From NCBI GenBank assembly GCA_947502885.1, contig CANNBP010000013.1:89049-153048 (forward strand): a stretch of 64,000 nucleotides of DNA. Direction: 5' to 3'. The position numbers and the translations under genes were made by a program. Below the pieces are notes generated by a model. The model did no database searches. It saw only the letters and a list, made by a program, of their open reading frames with translations, and was not told the origin of the DNA. Positions 40,265 through 49,943 of the stretch are shown here, piece by piece. The first letter of the stretch is position 1. Every line of letters starts with the position of its first letter. The DNA is from an uncultured Aquimarina sp. (GTDB taxonomy: Bacteria > Bacteroidota > Bacteroidia > Flavobacteriales > Flavobacteriaceae).

Positions 40265-40624
40265 TTAATTCTTGTAATTAACTACTACATTATCTTGATT
40301 AGACCAAGTTGTTACTTCTGCGATTTGATTTTTGTCATAGTTTACTTCTGATAACTTATCAGCGCCCCAGAAAAACCACTTACCAGTTTTTTTACCATAT
40401 GTGTATTGCCCCATCGCAATTTTCTTTCCAGTAGTATCATATGCTTTCCATTCTCCATGAAGAATACCTTTCTTATTATAGAAACCTTGTTGTCTTACTG
40501 TTCCATCTTCATAGTAAAAAGTTCCTTTAATTTGATCTCCTTCTTTTTCAAAAGTGGGTTTTATATCTTGAGCAAAAATTGTTACCGAAAATAACAACGC
40601 CATAATGATTACTAAATTTCTCAT
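40265..40624 (-). CDS. Secreted MORN-variant/YwqK-like repeat protein
   Basis: Signal peptide; YYEDGTVRQQGFY, LHGEWKAY, GKKTGKWFFW repeats. Confidence 0.8.
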   Translation of the reverse strand: MRNLVIIMALLFSVTIFAQDIKPTFEKEGDQIKGTFYYEDGTVRQQGFYNKKGILHGEWKAYDTTGKKIAMGQYTYGKKTGKWFFWGADKLSEVNYDKNQIAEVTTWSNQDNVVVNYKN

Positions 40625-40703
40625 ATATCTATATTTTAAATTCGGGGTTCTTAATGATTACATTACAAATGTAGCACTAATTTTACTTTTAAACAACCTT
40701 TAC

Positions 40704-40725
40704 GTAACATTAAATTAACATTAAA
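40704..40725. promoter_or_regulatory. Candidate OmpR/PhoB-type direct repeat
   Basis: GTAACATTAAA-TTAACATTAAA (11-bp period), about 30 bp from the TACATTTG -7 box (minus strand, 40666-40673). Confidence 0.45.
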
Positions 40726-41030
40726 CTTGTTATGTATTGATAATCAGTGTTTTGTATTTTTAAAAATGTGTTAACACCGTAGTTTGGTTACTTGGTTTTT
40801 TTACGGGATTACGCTGCAAACACCTAACTATCCCCTAGTTTTCACGTAAACAATGAGTGTTGTATTGGGAAGGTTCTTTTGGAAAATGCCCTTTTTAAAG
40901 GCTTTTTGGAGAAAGTGTATTTCTTTTAATATATGTTCTGCAAAAATGACTTATTCTGTAATACTCAAACAGGTCTTACATGTAAAAAACAAATAAGGTT
41001 GTTTTGTAAAACCAAAGACACTATAAAAAG

Positions 41031-41070
41031 ATAACATTTCAATAACATACGGCTTGAATAATAGTAACAT
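41031..41070 (+). promoter_or_regulatory. Candidate OmpR/PhoB-type boxes upstream of the phosphate transporter
   Basis: ATAACAT at 41031 and 41042, GTAACAT at 41064: all in 11-bp phase. Confidence 0.45.
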
Positions 41071-41099
41071 TTTTGTGGTTTACCAGTATACCAGTTTAT

Positions 41100-43502
41100 A
41101 TGAATGATATTTACATAGTAATGATTGTTGCATTGGCCGTATTAGCTATTGCCGATCTTATTGTAGGAGTGAGTAATGACGCCGTTAATTTTTTAAATTC
41201 GGCTATAGGTTCTAAAGCAATTTCTTTTAGAACAATTATGATAGTTGCAAGTGTAGGGATTGCCGCTGGAGCCATTTTTTCAAGTGGGTTGATGGAGGTT
41301 GCCCGTAAAGGAATCTTTGTTCCTGGAGAGTTTTATTTTGATGAGATTATGATCATCTTTATGGCGGTTATGATTACCGATATATTGTTGTTAGACTTTT
41401 TCAATACTTTAGGGATGCCTACTTCTACGACGGTATCTATTGTTTTTGAATTGCTAGGTGCTGCGGTTTGTGTGGCTTTACTTAAAATAGCGGCAGATTC
41501 TTCTCTTTCTATCGAAGACTTAGGAAATTATATTAATACCAAGAAAGCGGGTGAGATTATTATAGGTATTTTACTCTCTGTTGTTGTGGCATTTTCTATA
41601 GGAGCAATTGTTCAATATGTATCTAGGTTGTTGCTATCATTTAATTTTGAAAAGAAAGCCAAATGGGTCGGAGCTTTATTTGGTGGAGTAGCTTTGACGG
41701 CTATCCTATATTTTATTTTTATTAAAGGAATTAAAGGTACTAATTACGCAAAATCTGTTATTGATATTGTGTATAATGGAGGAGCTGAAGGATTATTGGA
41801 TTGGGCTAATACTTACTTTAATGCTTCATATGAAACGGTAAAAGAACTTGTAAAAGCTAAAAAAGATTTATTTAAGATTAATGCTGAGACCGGTACAGTA
41901 GCTTTAACATTACGTGGTTTTTTAGAAACTAATGTACCTATGATTATTGCAGTTGGTTTTGTGTTTTGGTCATTGTTGTCTTATCTAATCATTACTGTTT
42001 TTAAGACTAATATCTATAAAGTAATTATTATAGTAGGTACATTTGCTTTGGCTTTGGCCTTTGCAGGAAATGATCTTGTCAATTTTATTGGGGTGCCAAT
42101 CGCTGCATGGCAATCTTATGAAGCCTGGTCTGTATCAGGGGTGGCTGCTGACTCTTTTACAATGGATATTCTAGCATCAAAAGTAGCAACACCTACATAT
42201 CTATTATTAGCAGCAGGTCTTATAATGGTCTTGACATTATGGTTTTCTACAAAAGCTAGAAATGTTGTTAAAACCTCAATAGATTTATCTAGACAAGGAG
42301 ATGGAAATGAAAAATTTCGCCCAAACTTCTTATCAAGAAGTATTGTAAGAAGTACAATACTTATTTCGGAGGCTATTGGATCTATTACTCCAAAATCTTT
42401 TCAGAAGCTTTCAGATAAGCAATTTGATCAAGAATTAGTTTCAACTAGTGATGCATTAACTGCTAATAGAGAAGATTTACCAGCTTTTGATATGGTAAGA
42501 GCTGCAGTTAATTTGATGGTTGCTGGTATTTTAATATCGATAGCTACCTCTATGAAATTGCCATTGTCAACAACATACGTAACGTTTATGGTGGCTATGG
42601 GTACGTCTTTAGCTGATAGAGCTTGGGGTAGTGAGAGTGCTGTGTATCGTGTTGCAGGTGTGTTAAATGTAATCGGAGGTTGGTTTTTTACAGCGATAAG
42701 TGCATTTGTGGCTGCTGCTACCATAGCATTTTTGATTAACCTTGGTGGTCCGGCTATGATTGCTGTTTTACTTCTTGTAGCAGTATTACTTTTAGCTAGA
42801 AATACTATAAAGTACCGTAATAAAGCTAAAGCAGAAAAAGCCGAAGATCGATTGAAAAAATCAGAGAGTAGTTCGATACAAGGTGTGATTGAAGAAAGTG
42901 CCGATAATATTAAGTCTTTTGTAAATAGAGGAAGTAAAATTTACGGAGGTACGATTAATAGTTTGGCAAAATATGATCTTGTTACCTTAAAAAAGAATCG
43001 AAAAGGAATTGCTAAACTTGAAGAGGAAGTCGATGAACTTAGAGATAGTATTTTCTATTTTATTAAAAACCTTGATGAAACTAGTGTTGGAGCCAGTAAA
43101 TTTTATATCTCAATTTTAGGTTATTTAGAAGATATAACACAATCTCTTGAGTACATTGCAAAAGTAAGTCACAAGCATGTCAATAATAATCATAAGAAAT
43201 TAAGGTTTAATCAGATTAAAGATCTTAAGGAGATAGATGAGCGACTTACAATCTTCTTGAAACAGGTAAAAGATGTATTTGATACTAGAGATTTTAATAA
43301 CCTTAACGGAATCATTTCTAAAGATAGGGATGACTTGATGACATTGGTTGATCAGAAAATAAATAAACAAGTCGAGCGTACAAGAACAGAGGAAAATAGC
43401 CCTAAGAATACAACCTTGTATTTTGGGTTGTTAATGGAAACTAAAGATCTTATAAGCGCTACCACTAATTTGTTAACAACATATAGAGATCATAAAGACT
43501 AG
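41100..43502 (+). CDS. PiT-family inorganic phosphate transporter with a C-terminal PhoU-like helical domain
   Basis: PiT signatures VGVSNDAVNF and FAGNDLVN, GMPTSTT, PLSTT; long helical C-terminus (EEEVDEL, GYLEDI); ATG 41100 preferred. Confidence 0.88.
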   Translation: MNDIYIVMIVALAVLAIADLIVGVSNDAVNFLNSAIGSKAISFRTIMIVASVGIAAGAIFSSGLMEVARKGIFVPGEFYFDEIMIIFMAVMITDILLLDFFNTLGMPTSTTVSIVFELLGAAVCVALLKIAADSSLSIEDLGNYINTKKAGEIIIGILLSVVVAFSIGAIVQYVSRLLLSFNFEKKAKWVGALFGGVALTAILYFIFIKGIKGTNYAKSVIDIVYNGGAEGLLDWANTYFNASYETVKELVKAKKDLFKINAETGTVALTLRGFLETNVPMIIAVGFVFWSLLSYLIITVFKTNIYKVIIIVGTFALALAFAGNDLVNFIGVPIAAWQSYEAWSVSGVAADSFTMDILASKVATPTYLLLAAGLIMVLTLWFSTKARNVVKTSIDLSRQGDGNEKFRPNFLSRSIVRSTILISEAIGSITPKSFQKLSDKQFDQELVSTSDALTANREDLPAFDMVRAAVNLMVAGILISIATSMKLPLSTTYVTFMVAMGTSLADRAWGSESAVYRVAGVLNVIGGWFFTAISAFVAAATIAFLINLGGPAMIAVLLLVAVLLLARNTIKYRNKAKAEKAEDRLKKSESSSIQGVIEESADNIKSFVNRGSKIYGGTINSLAKYDLVTLKKNRKGIAKLEEEVDELRDSIFYFIKNLDETSVGASKFYISILGYLEDITQSLEYIAKVSHKHVNNNHKKLRFNQIKDLKEIDERLTIFLKQVKDVFDTRDFNNLNGIISKDRDDLMTLVDQKINKQVERTRTEENSPKNTTLYFGLLMETKDLISATTNLLTTYRDHKD

Positions 43503-43645
43503 TTTTACGAGATAGCCTTTGTGATATTAAGTTAATGTTATGCTTATAAAATGTTTGTGTTAGTTTATTGTTTCTAGACCTTATAGTTATGAAAACCTCA
43601 CATTAACATAGTATATTTACCTCAAGTGATATAATTCGATAAAAA

Positions 43646-44329
43646 ATGAATACAAAGGATATTACAATTTTACTTGTAGATGATGAGCCTGACATTTTAG
43701 AAATTGTAGGTTATAACCTTACTGCAGAAGGTTACAGTGTGGTAACTGCAGAAAATGGAGCAGAAGCTGTGAAAATTGCAAAAAAGAAAAGACCACAACT
43801 AATTATTCTGGATGTTATGATGCCTGAGATGGATGGTATCGAAGCATGTGAGCAAATCCGTAAATTGCCAGAGTTGCAAAATACCATTATTACTTTTCTT
43901 ACAGCTAGAGGAGAAGATTATTCTCAAGTGGCCGGGTTTGATGCAGGAGCAGATGATTACATTACAAAACCTATTCGTCCAAAAGTTCTAGTTAGTAAAG
44001 TCAAGGCATTGTTGAGAAGACTTAAAGAAGATGAGACGTCTGATAATGAAATTAAGATAGGGGATTTAGTAATCAATCGTGACGAATATAAGATCATAAA
44101 AGATAAAAAAGAGATCGTATTACCTCGAAAAGAATTTGAATTATTATCTTTATTAGCTTCAAAGCCTGGTAAGGTCTTTAAGCGAGAAGATATTTTGGAT
44201 AAAGTTTGGGGGAACGAAGTTATTGTTGGTGGTCGTACTATTGATGTACACATTAGAAAACTAAGAGAAAAAATAGGAGACAATAGCTTTAAAACCATCA
44301 AAGGAGTTGGATATAAGTTTGTAATTTAA
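43646..44329 (+). CDS. OmpR/PhoB-family response regulator (PhoB/PhoP-like)
   Basis: LVDDE, LDVMMP, GADDYITKP, winged helix RTIDVHIRKLREK. Confidence 0.93.
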   Translation: MNTKDITILLVDDEPDILEIVGYNLTAEGYSVVTAENGAEAVKIAKKKRPQLIILDVMMPEMDGIEACEQIRKLPELQNTIITFLTARGEDYSQVAGFDAGADDYITKPIRPKVLVSKVKALLRRLKEDETSDNEIKIGDLVINRDEYKIIKDKKEIVLPRKEFELLSLLASKPGKVFKREDILDKVWGNEVIVGGRTIDVHIRKLREKIGDNSFKTIKGVGYKFVI

Positions 44330-45409
44330 ATGGCAGAAAATTTTAAAAAGTCGTATCGGTTTGCATACCTATCGTCTTTATATATTACAGTATTACTAAC
44401 GCTCGCCATGAGCGTTTTTTTGTACGTTCAACATCAGTTTGATATACTTGCTATCCTAGTATTTATGTTGATAAGCTATGGTTTGTGTTTTTTGGTTATA
44501 CAATATAGAGTAGAAAAGTTTATCTATCGTCGAGTACGTAAAATATATGATGATATAGAAATGCTCGAAGTAGACACTATGGATAGTAGTCCGGTAACAA
44601 CAGATATGAGAACGTTGATTAAGGAAGTTGAAAAATTTGCACAACAGCGTAAAACCGAAATCGAAACTTTAAAAATACGAGAAGACTATCGTAAAGAATT
44701 TATGGGTAATGTCTCGCATGAGCTTAAAACGCCTTTGTTTACAGTTCAGGGGTATATTCTTACCTTGCTTGATGGTGCTATGGATGATCCAGAGATCCTG
44801 AATAAATATTTGAATAGAGCAAATAAAGGAGTAGAGAGATTGATCTATATCGTAAATGATTTGGATATGATTACCAAGTTAGAAGTAGGTGATCTTAATC
44901 TTAATTATACCAATTTTGATATTGTAGAATTGGTGCAAAGTGTGTTTGATCTGTATGAGATGAAGGCAGCAAAAAAGAACATTGCTCTTACTTTTGACAT
45001 GAATTATGGAGAGCCTATATTTGTACATGCTGATAAAGAGAGAATACAACAAGTAATTTCTAACTTAGTTGTGAATTCTATCAAATACGGTAAAGAAGAT
45101 GGTACTACAGAAGTGAGTATCGAGGACCTAATTAAGAATAAAACCATTGTTAGAATAACCGATAATGGTGAAGGAATTGCACAAGAACACATCCCTCGAT
45201 TATTTGAACGCTTTTATCGAGTAGATAAAAGTGGTTCGCGTAAAGAAGGAGGTTCTGGATTAGGTTTGGCTATTGTAAAGCACATTATTGAAGCTCACCA
45301 CGAACGAATATATGTAGAGAGCGATTATCGTGTGGGAAGTGAATTTTCATTTACTCTGGAAAAAGTGAAAAAGTTCCCCGTAGTCGATATCAGTACTAAA
45401 ACTACTTAG
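44330..45409 (+). CDS. Sensor histidine kinase (PhoR-like)
   Basis: 2 TM, RKEFMGNVSHELKTP, NLVVNSIKY, DNGEGI, FERFYRVDKSGSR, GSGLGL. Confidence 0.93.
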   Translation: MAENFKKSYRFAYLSSLYITVLLTLAMSVFLYVQHQFDILAILVFMLISYGLCFLVIQYRVEKFIYRRVRKIYDDIEMLEVDTMDSSPVTTDMRTLIKEVEKFAQQRKTEIETLKIREDYRKEFMGNVSHELKTPLFTVQGYILTLLDGAMDDPEILNKYLNRANKGVERLIYIVNDLDMITKLEVGDLNLNYTNFDIVELVQSVFDLYEMKAAKKNIALTFDMNYGEPIFVHADKERIQQVISNLVVNSIKYGKEDGTTEVSIEDLIKNKTIVRITDNGEGIAQEHIPRLFERFYRVDKSGSRKEGGSGLGLAIVKHIIEAHHERIYVESDYRVGSEFSFTLEKVKKFPVVDISTKTT

Positions 45410-46402
45410 TCCTTTATAAGCATTTAAATCTCTTAATTTTGTTAAGGTAAAATCGTTTTGATTGCAACTTGGTACTAATTTGTTGTTTGTTAGGCGCTCA
45501 GCTAAGTATTCTTGTTCAAATTGCCCAGGTGTTGGAATGAAAAACGCTTTTTTCTTTAATTTAGCAAGATCCATTACTGTGGTATATCCAGATCTAGAAA
45601 TAATGAGATTACTACTATTGATAGTATTTTCTAGATCAACTCCGGTTAAGTAGTTATGAATAGTAATGTTGTTTTTTACATAAGTTTGTTGTGTTTCTTC
45701 AATAAGCCCTCTAACAAAAACAATTTTTTTATCACTTTGCTCAAACTCCTGAAACAGCTTTTGTTCTAATAGAGTACGCTGTGGTTCTGGTCCAGATAAC
45801 AAAACCATAATATCATATTTTTTGGGTACAACCTTGTATTGGAATCTACTTAGTGGACCAAGATAAGTTACTGGGATGTTATTTTTTTTGGGATGTCCCA
45901 ATTCACCACTTAGGTTAGGATCATCTGCCATATCTGGCACCCAACACACATCAAATTTTTTGATGTACTTATTGTGTAACTTGGTGCTAATAGAAGTAGT
46001 TTTTCCGCTAAGAACCGTTAATTGGTGAGTAATGAATACTGATGGTAAACTTTTGTGACGCACTCCCATTCTATTATCAGATATGATTCCGCAAAATTCT
46101 TCTGATTTAATGATTTTTTTTATAGCTTTTTTTTCAGCTGTGATAGCATGTGCAATTTTTGGACTATTAAGTAGCATTTTGTACTTAAAATTGCTGCCCT
46201 TTTTTGCATATTCAATATTGTAAGAAGGAAGTTCTTTTGCTTGTAAATCCGGAAATTCCTTTTTTAATAATGATAAAGCAACACCATCAGAGGCTATTAC
46301 TGGTTCTAACCCCTCGTTTATTAATGCATTTATAATAGGAATACATCGTGTTGCATGACCCAATCCCCAGTTAAGAGGAGCTATAAGTACCTTTTTGCTC
46401 AA
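45347..46402 (-). CDS. Glycosyltransferase (GT-B fold, GT28/MurG-like)
   Basis: APLNWGLGHATRC, ISRSGYTT, PTPGQFEQ. Confidence 0.88.
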   Translation of the reverse strand: MSKKVLIAPLNWGLGHATRCIPIINALINEGLEPVIASDGVALSLLKKEFPDLQAKELPSYNIEYAKKGSNFKYKMLLNSPKIAHAITAEKKAIKKIIKSEEFCGIISDNRMGVRHKSLPSVFITHQLTVLSGKTTSISTKLHNKYIKKFDVCWVPDMADDPNLSGELGHPKKNNIPVTYLGPLSRFQYKVVPKKYDIMVLLSGPEPQRTLLEQKLFQEFEQSDKKIVFVRGLIEETQQTYVKNNITIHNYLTGVDLENTINSSNLIISRSGYTTVMDLAKLKKKAFFIPTPGQFEQEYLAERLTNNKLVPSCNQNDFTLTKLRDLNAYKGLSSFSTDIDYGELFHFFQSK

Positions 46403-46671
46403 ACGTTACAGTTTTAATTAATTATTATAGTTACCTATCGGTATTAATTATAAAAGTAATCCTATTTTCGTCTGCATATATTTCCTTAATTTTACCAAAA
46501 AATTACCTTAACTAAAATTTTTGTTAAAAAAACGAGTAATGGTTTACAAATTAGTAACATAAGTCCTAGTTGTAAGCAATTTTTAGTAAAATTATAAAAA
46601 CAAAGTTTTAGTTTGTTAGCGATCTGTATCCAACTCATAAGAATAGTAAGAAAGAAGAAATAAAAGAACCT

Positions 46672-47346
46672 GTGGGAAGTAAGAATAAATTAAAGCGGTT
46701 TAACGAAAACAAAACCTTTAAAAATGTAATTGAGCCAACTCGAGAAGATGTACTTAATAATACATTGGGGTATAAAGGAAAATGGAATGATAATTTTTTC
46801 AAGAATCAAAACCCAATAGTACTTGAATTAGGATGTGGAAAAGGAGAGTATACCGTTGGACTTGCAGAAAAATATCCTGATAAAAACTTTATTGGAATTG
46901 ATATAAAGGGTGCTCGTTTTTGGAGAGGAGCAAAAACGGCTATAGAGAATGAAATGACTAATGTTGGATTTATAAGAACTCAAATTGAATTGGTAGATCA
47001 TATTTTTGATGAAGCAGAGGTGGATGAAATTTGGATTACTTTTCCAGATCCACAGATTAAATATAAGCGTACCAAACATCGATTAACCAATCATAAATTT
47101 TTACAGCAATACAAAAAAATATTAAAATCAGACGGGGTTGTTCATCTTAAAACTGATAGCGAGTTTATGCACGGTTATACTTTGGGGCTATTGCATGGCG
47201 AAGGACATGAAGTACTTTATGCAAATCATAATGTCTATCATAATGAAGGAGCACCAGAGGCTGTTACCGAGATTCAAACTTTTTATGAAAAACAGTATTT
47301 AGAACGAAATAAACCAATAACTTACATTCGTTTTAAGATCAAGTAA
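46672..47346 (+). CDS. trmB: tRNA (guanine-N7)-methyltransferase
   Basis: VLELGCGKGEY, GIDIKGAR, ITFPDP, HLKTD; GTG start. Confidence 0.95.
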   Translation: MGSKNKLKRFNENKTFKNVIEPTREDVLNNTLGYKGKWNDNFFKNQNPIVLELGCGKGEYTVGLAEKYPDKNFIGIDIKGARFWRGAKTAIENEMTNVGFIRTQIELVDHIFDEAEVDEIWITFPDPQIKYKRTKHRLTNHKFLQQYKKILKSDGVVHLKTDSEFMHGYTLGLLHGEGHEVLYANHNVYHNEGAPEAVTEIQTFYEKQYLERNKPITYIRFKIK

Positions 47347-47358
47347 TGGCATTGTAAT

Positions 47359-47988
47359 TTGGAAACTACCAAACTTTTTTTAGTCACTTTTTTTGCTTCT
47401 CTGGTTGGTGTAATTCCTCCTGGATTAGTAAACATGACCGTAGCTAGAACCTGCCTGGAAAGAGGTAAGAAAAATGGAATTTTAGTAGCTGTTGGAGCTT
47501 CTATAATTGTAGTGGTTCAGGCTTTAATAGCTATTCTTTTGGCAAAGTATATATTTTTCAACCCTTATGTTAAGAATATATTGCTACGTACAGGAGCCGT
47601 AATTTTTTTCTTAATGGCTATCTATTTCTTTGTAAAGGCGAAATATTCAAAAAATAAAATCAAAGTATATAAACATGCAGAAACTCGTAGTCTTTTTAAA
47701 GGTGTTATGATCTCTGCAATTAATGTATTGCCAATTCCTTATTTTTGTGCGATCGCAGCGGCAATGAGTGTTAGTGGTAAAATAGAATATGATGTTTATC
47801 GTATTACCGCGTTTATAATTGCTGCAGGGGCAGGTACATTTGCTACATTATACTTATACGTATATTCCTTTTTGAAAATTGAAAAGAAAACAGCATCCAT
47901 AACAAAATACACCAATTACTTTATGGGGATATTAATGCTCGTTTTAGTAATGATCACTTTGGCAAGAATTATTTATACATGGGAGTAA
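47359..47988 (+). CDS. LysE-family translocator
   Basis: GVIPPGLVN N-terminal motif, multi-TM; TTG start. Confidence 0.8.
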   Translation: METTKLFLVTFFASLVGVIPPGLVNMTVARTCLERGKKNGILVAVGASIIVVVQALIAILLAKYIFFNPYVKNILLRTGAVIFFLMAIYFFVKAKYSKNKIKVYKHAETRSLFKGVMISAINVLPIPYFCAIAAAMSVSGKIEYDVYRITAFIIAAGAGTFATLYLYVYSFLKIEKKTASITKYTNYFMGILMLVLVMITLARIIYTWE

Positions 47989-48314
47989 AAGATAACGACA
48001 ATTTTTTTGAAAGAGTATATGATGTAGCTCGACTAATTCCTTACGGAAGAGTAACTTCTTATGGAGCAATTGCTAAGTGTTTAGGTGCTGCGCGAAGTGC
48101 ACGTATGGTGGGGTGGGCTATGAATGCTTGTAATGGGAGAGAAGATGTGCCAGCTCATAGAGTGGTTAACCGAAAAGGGATTCTTACAGGTAAACATCAC
48201 TTTGATGGTACCAATCTAATGCAGCAATTGTTAGAGAATGAAGGTGTCGAGGTAATAGATAATCAAATCATAGATTTCGAAAAATTATTTTGGGACCCTA
48301 TGATAGAGTTGTAA
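47979..48314 (+). CDS. MGMT-family (alkyltransferase-like, ATL) protein
   Basis: IPYGRVTSYG, ARMVGWAM, VPAHRVV (Ala in place of the catalytic Cys). Confidence 0.9.
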   Translation: MGVKDNDNFFERVYDVARLIPYGRVTSYGAIAKCLGAARSARMVGWAMNACNGREDVPAHRVVNRKGILTGKHHFDGTNLMQQLLENEGVEVIDNQIIDFEKLFWDPMIEL

Positions 48315-48517
48315 TGTAAATTTTGATTTTACATTTATAATTTGAAAAAAGATAGAGTAATTGAGGGTTATATAAATTAAAATCAATGGTATCATAATTA
48401 ATGATATCTATATAAATCATTTCGATTTGTTGGTTTTATAATCTTAACAATTCAGTGTATCTTTGCAGCTAGAATTCGTCCTGTCAGGCGAATTTATAAG
48501 AAAAAGAAATAATACTT

Positions 48518-49660
48518 ATGAAGTTAGAGAAATCAGAGATCTTAAAAGCGTTAGAAACCATTACCGTTGCCGGAGAAGGAAAGAATATGGTGGAGAGTGG
48601 AGCGGTAAAGAATATAATTACGTTTGGTGATGAAGTTGTTGTTGATTTGGTATTGACGACTCCTGCATTACATATTCGCAAACGCGCAGAAGTAGATGTT
48701 TTGAAAGCGATTCATGAAAAGGTATATGAAAAGGCAAAGATTACTGTTAATATAAAAGTTGAGGCTCCAGCTCAGACTGAAGCTCCAAAGAACGAAATCA
48801 AAGGAAAACCAATTCCGGGTATAACTAATATTATTGCTGTTGCCTCTGGTAAAGGAGGGGTGGGTAAATCTACTGTAACTTCTAATTTGGCTGTTTCGTT
48901 GGCCAAGATGGGATTCAAAGTTGGTTTATTAGATGCTGATATTTATGGGCCTTCTGCTCCGATTATGTTTGATGTAGAAAAAGAACGCCCACTTTCTGTA
49001 ACAGAAGGAGGTAAGTCTAAAATGAAACCTATCGAAAACTATGGTGTTAAAATTTTATCCATTGGTTTTTTTACGCAACCTAATCAAGCGGTAGTTTGGA
49101 GAGGGCCTATGGCAGCAAAAGCACTTAATCAAATGATATTTGACGCGGCTTGGGGAGAACTTGATTTTATGCTAATAGATTTACCACCAGGTACAGGAGA
49201 TATTCACTTATCTATAATGCAGTCTTTACCAATTACTGGGGCAGTGGTAGTAAGTACACCACAAAATGTAGCACTTGCAGATGCAAGAAAAGGTGTGGCG
49301 ATGTTTCAGCAAGAGAGTATTAATGTACCAGTTTTAGGAATTATAGAAAATATGGCGTATTTTACTCCAGAAGAGCTACCTAACAATAAATATTATATCT
49401 TTGGTAAAGAGGGAGCTAAACACCTTGCAGAAGATCTTGATATTCCGTTCTTAGGAGAAATTCCTTTAGTACAAAGTATACGAGAAGCAGGTGATGTAGG
49501 TAGACCCGCTGCATTACAAACAGCTACTCCAATAGAAAAAGCTTTTGAAGGGTTGACCAAAAATGTAGTTGAAGAAGTAGTGCGTAGAAATGATAACCTA
49601 CCCGCTACAGAAGCAATTAAAATAACAACAATGGCAGGATGTTCTGCCGTAAAAAAATAG
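48518..49660 (+). CDS. mrp: Mrp/NBP35 (ApbC) Fe-S carrier ATPase
   Basis: SGKGGVGKST, DADIYGPS, WRGPM, PPGTGD, ENMAYF. Confidence 0.95.
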   Translation: MKLEKSEILKALETITVAGEGKNMVESGAVKNIITFGDEVVVDLVLTTPALHIRKRAEVDVLKAIHEKVYEKAKITVNIKVEAPAQTEAPKNEIKGKPIPGITNIIAVASGKGGVGKSTVTSNLAVSLAKMGFKVGLLDADIYGPSAPIMFDVEKERPLSVTEGGKSKMKPIENYGVKILSIGFFTQPNQAVVWRGPMAAKALNQMIFDAAWGELDFMLIDLPPGTGDIHLSIMQSLPITGAVVVSTPQNVALADARKGVAMFQQESINVPVLGIIENMAYFTPEELPNNKYYIFGKEGAKHLAEDLDIPFLGEIPLVQSIREAGDVGRPAALQTATPIEKAFEGLTKNVVEEVVRRNDNLPATEAIKITTMAGCSAVKK

Positions 49661-49663
49661 ATC

Positions 49664-49903
49664 ATGACTTCTCAAGAATTAAGAATTAATGTAGAAAAGG
49701 CACTAGAAGAGATTAGACCTTTTTTGGAAAGTGACGGAGGAAATATTTCTTTGGTATCTATTGAAGATGATAAATTGGTAAAAGTCCAATTAGAAGGAGC
49801 ATGTGTAGGTTGCAGTGTAAATCAAATGACTCTTAAATCAGGAGTTGAGATGACTATCAAAAAATATGCCCCACAAATTGAAGAAGTAGTAAATATAGGT
49901 TAG
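49664..49903 (+). CDS. NifU-C/NfuA-like protein
   Basis: IRPFLESDGG, GACVGC (CxxC). Confidence 0.93.
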   Translation: MTSQELRINVEKALEEIRPFLESDGGNISLVSIEDDKLVKVQLEGACVGCSVNQMTLKSGVEMTIKKYAPQIEEVVNIG

Positions 49904-49943
49904 TTATAATACCATATTACAAGTATTGATTTTGCTATAATAA

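Noticed and set aside
45347-45409. 63-nt convergent overlap between the kinase and the glycosyltransferase
   Set aside because: Short tail-to-tail overlaps are common and here involve only low-complexity C-terminal tails
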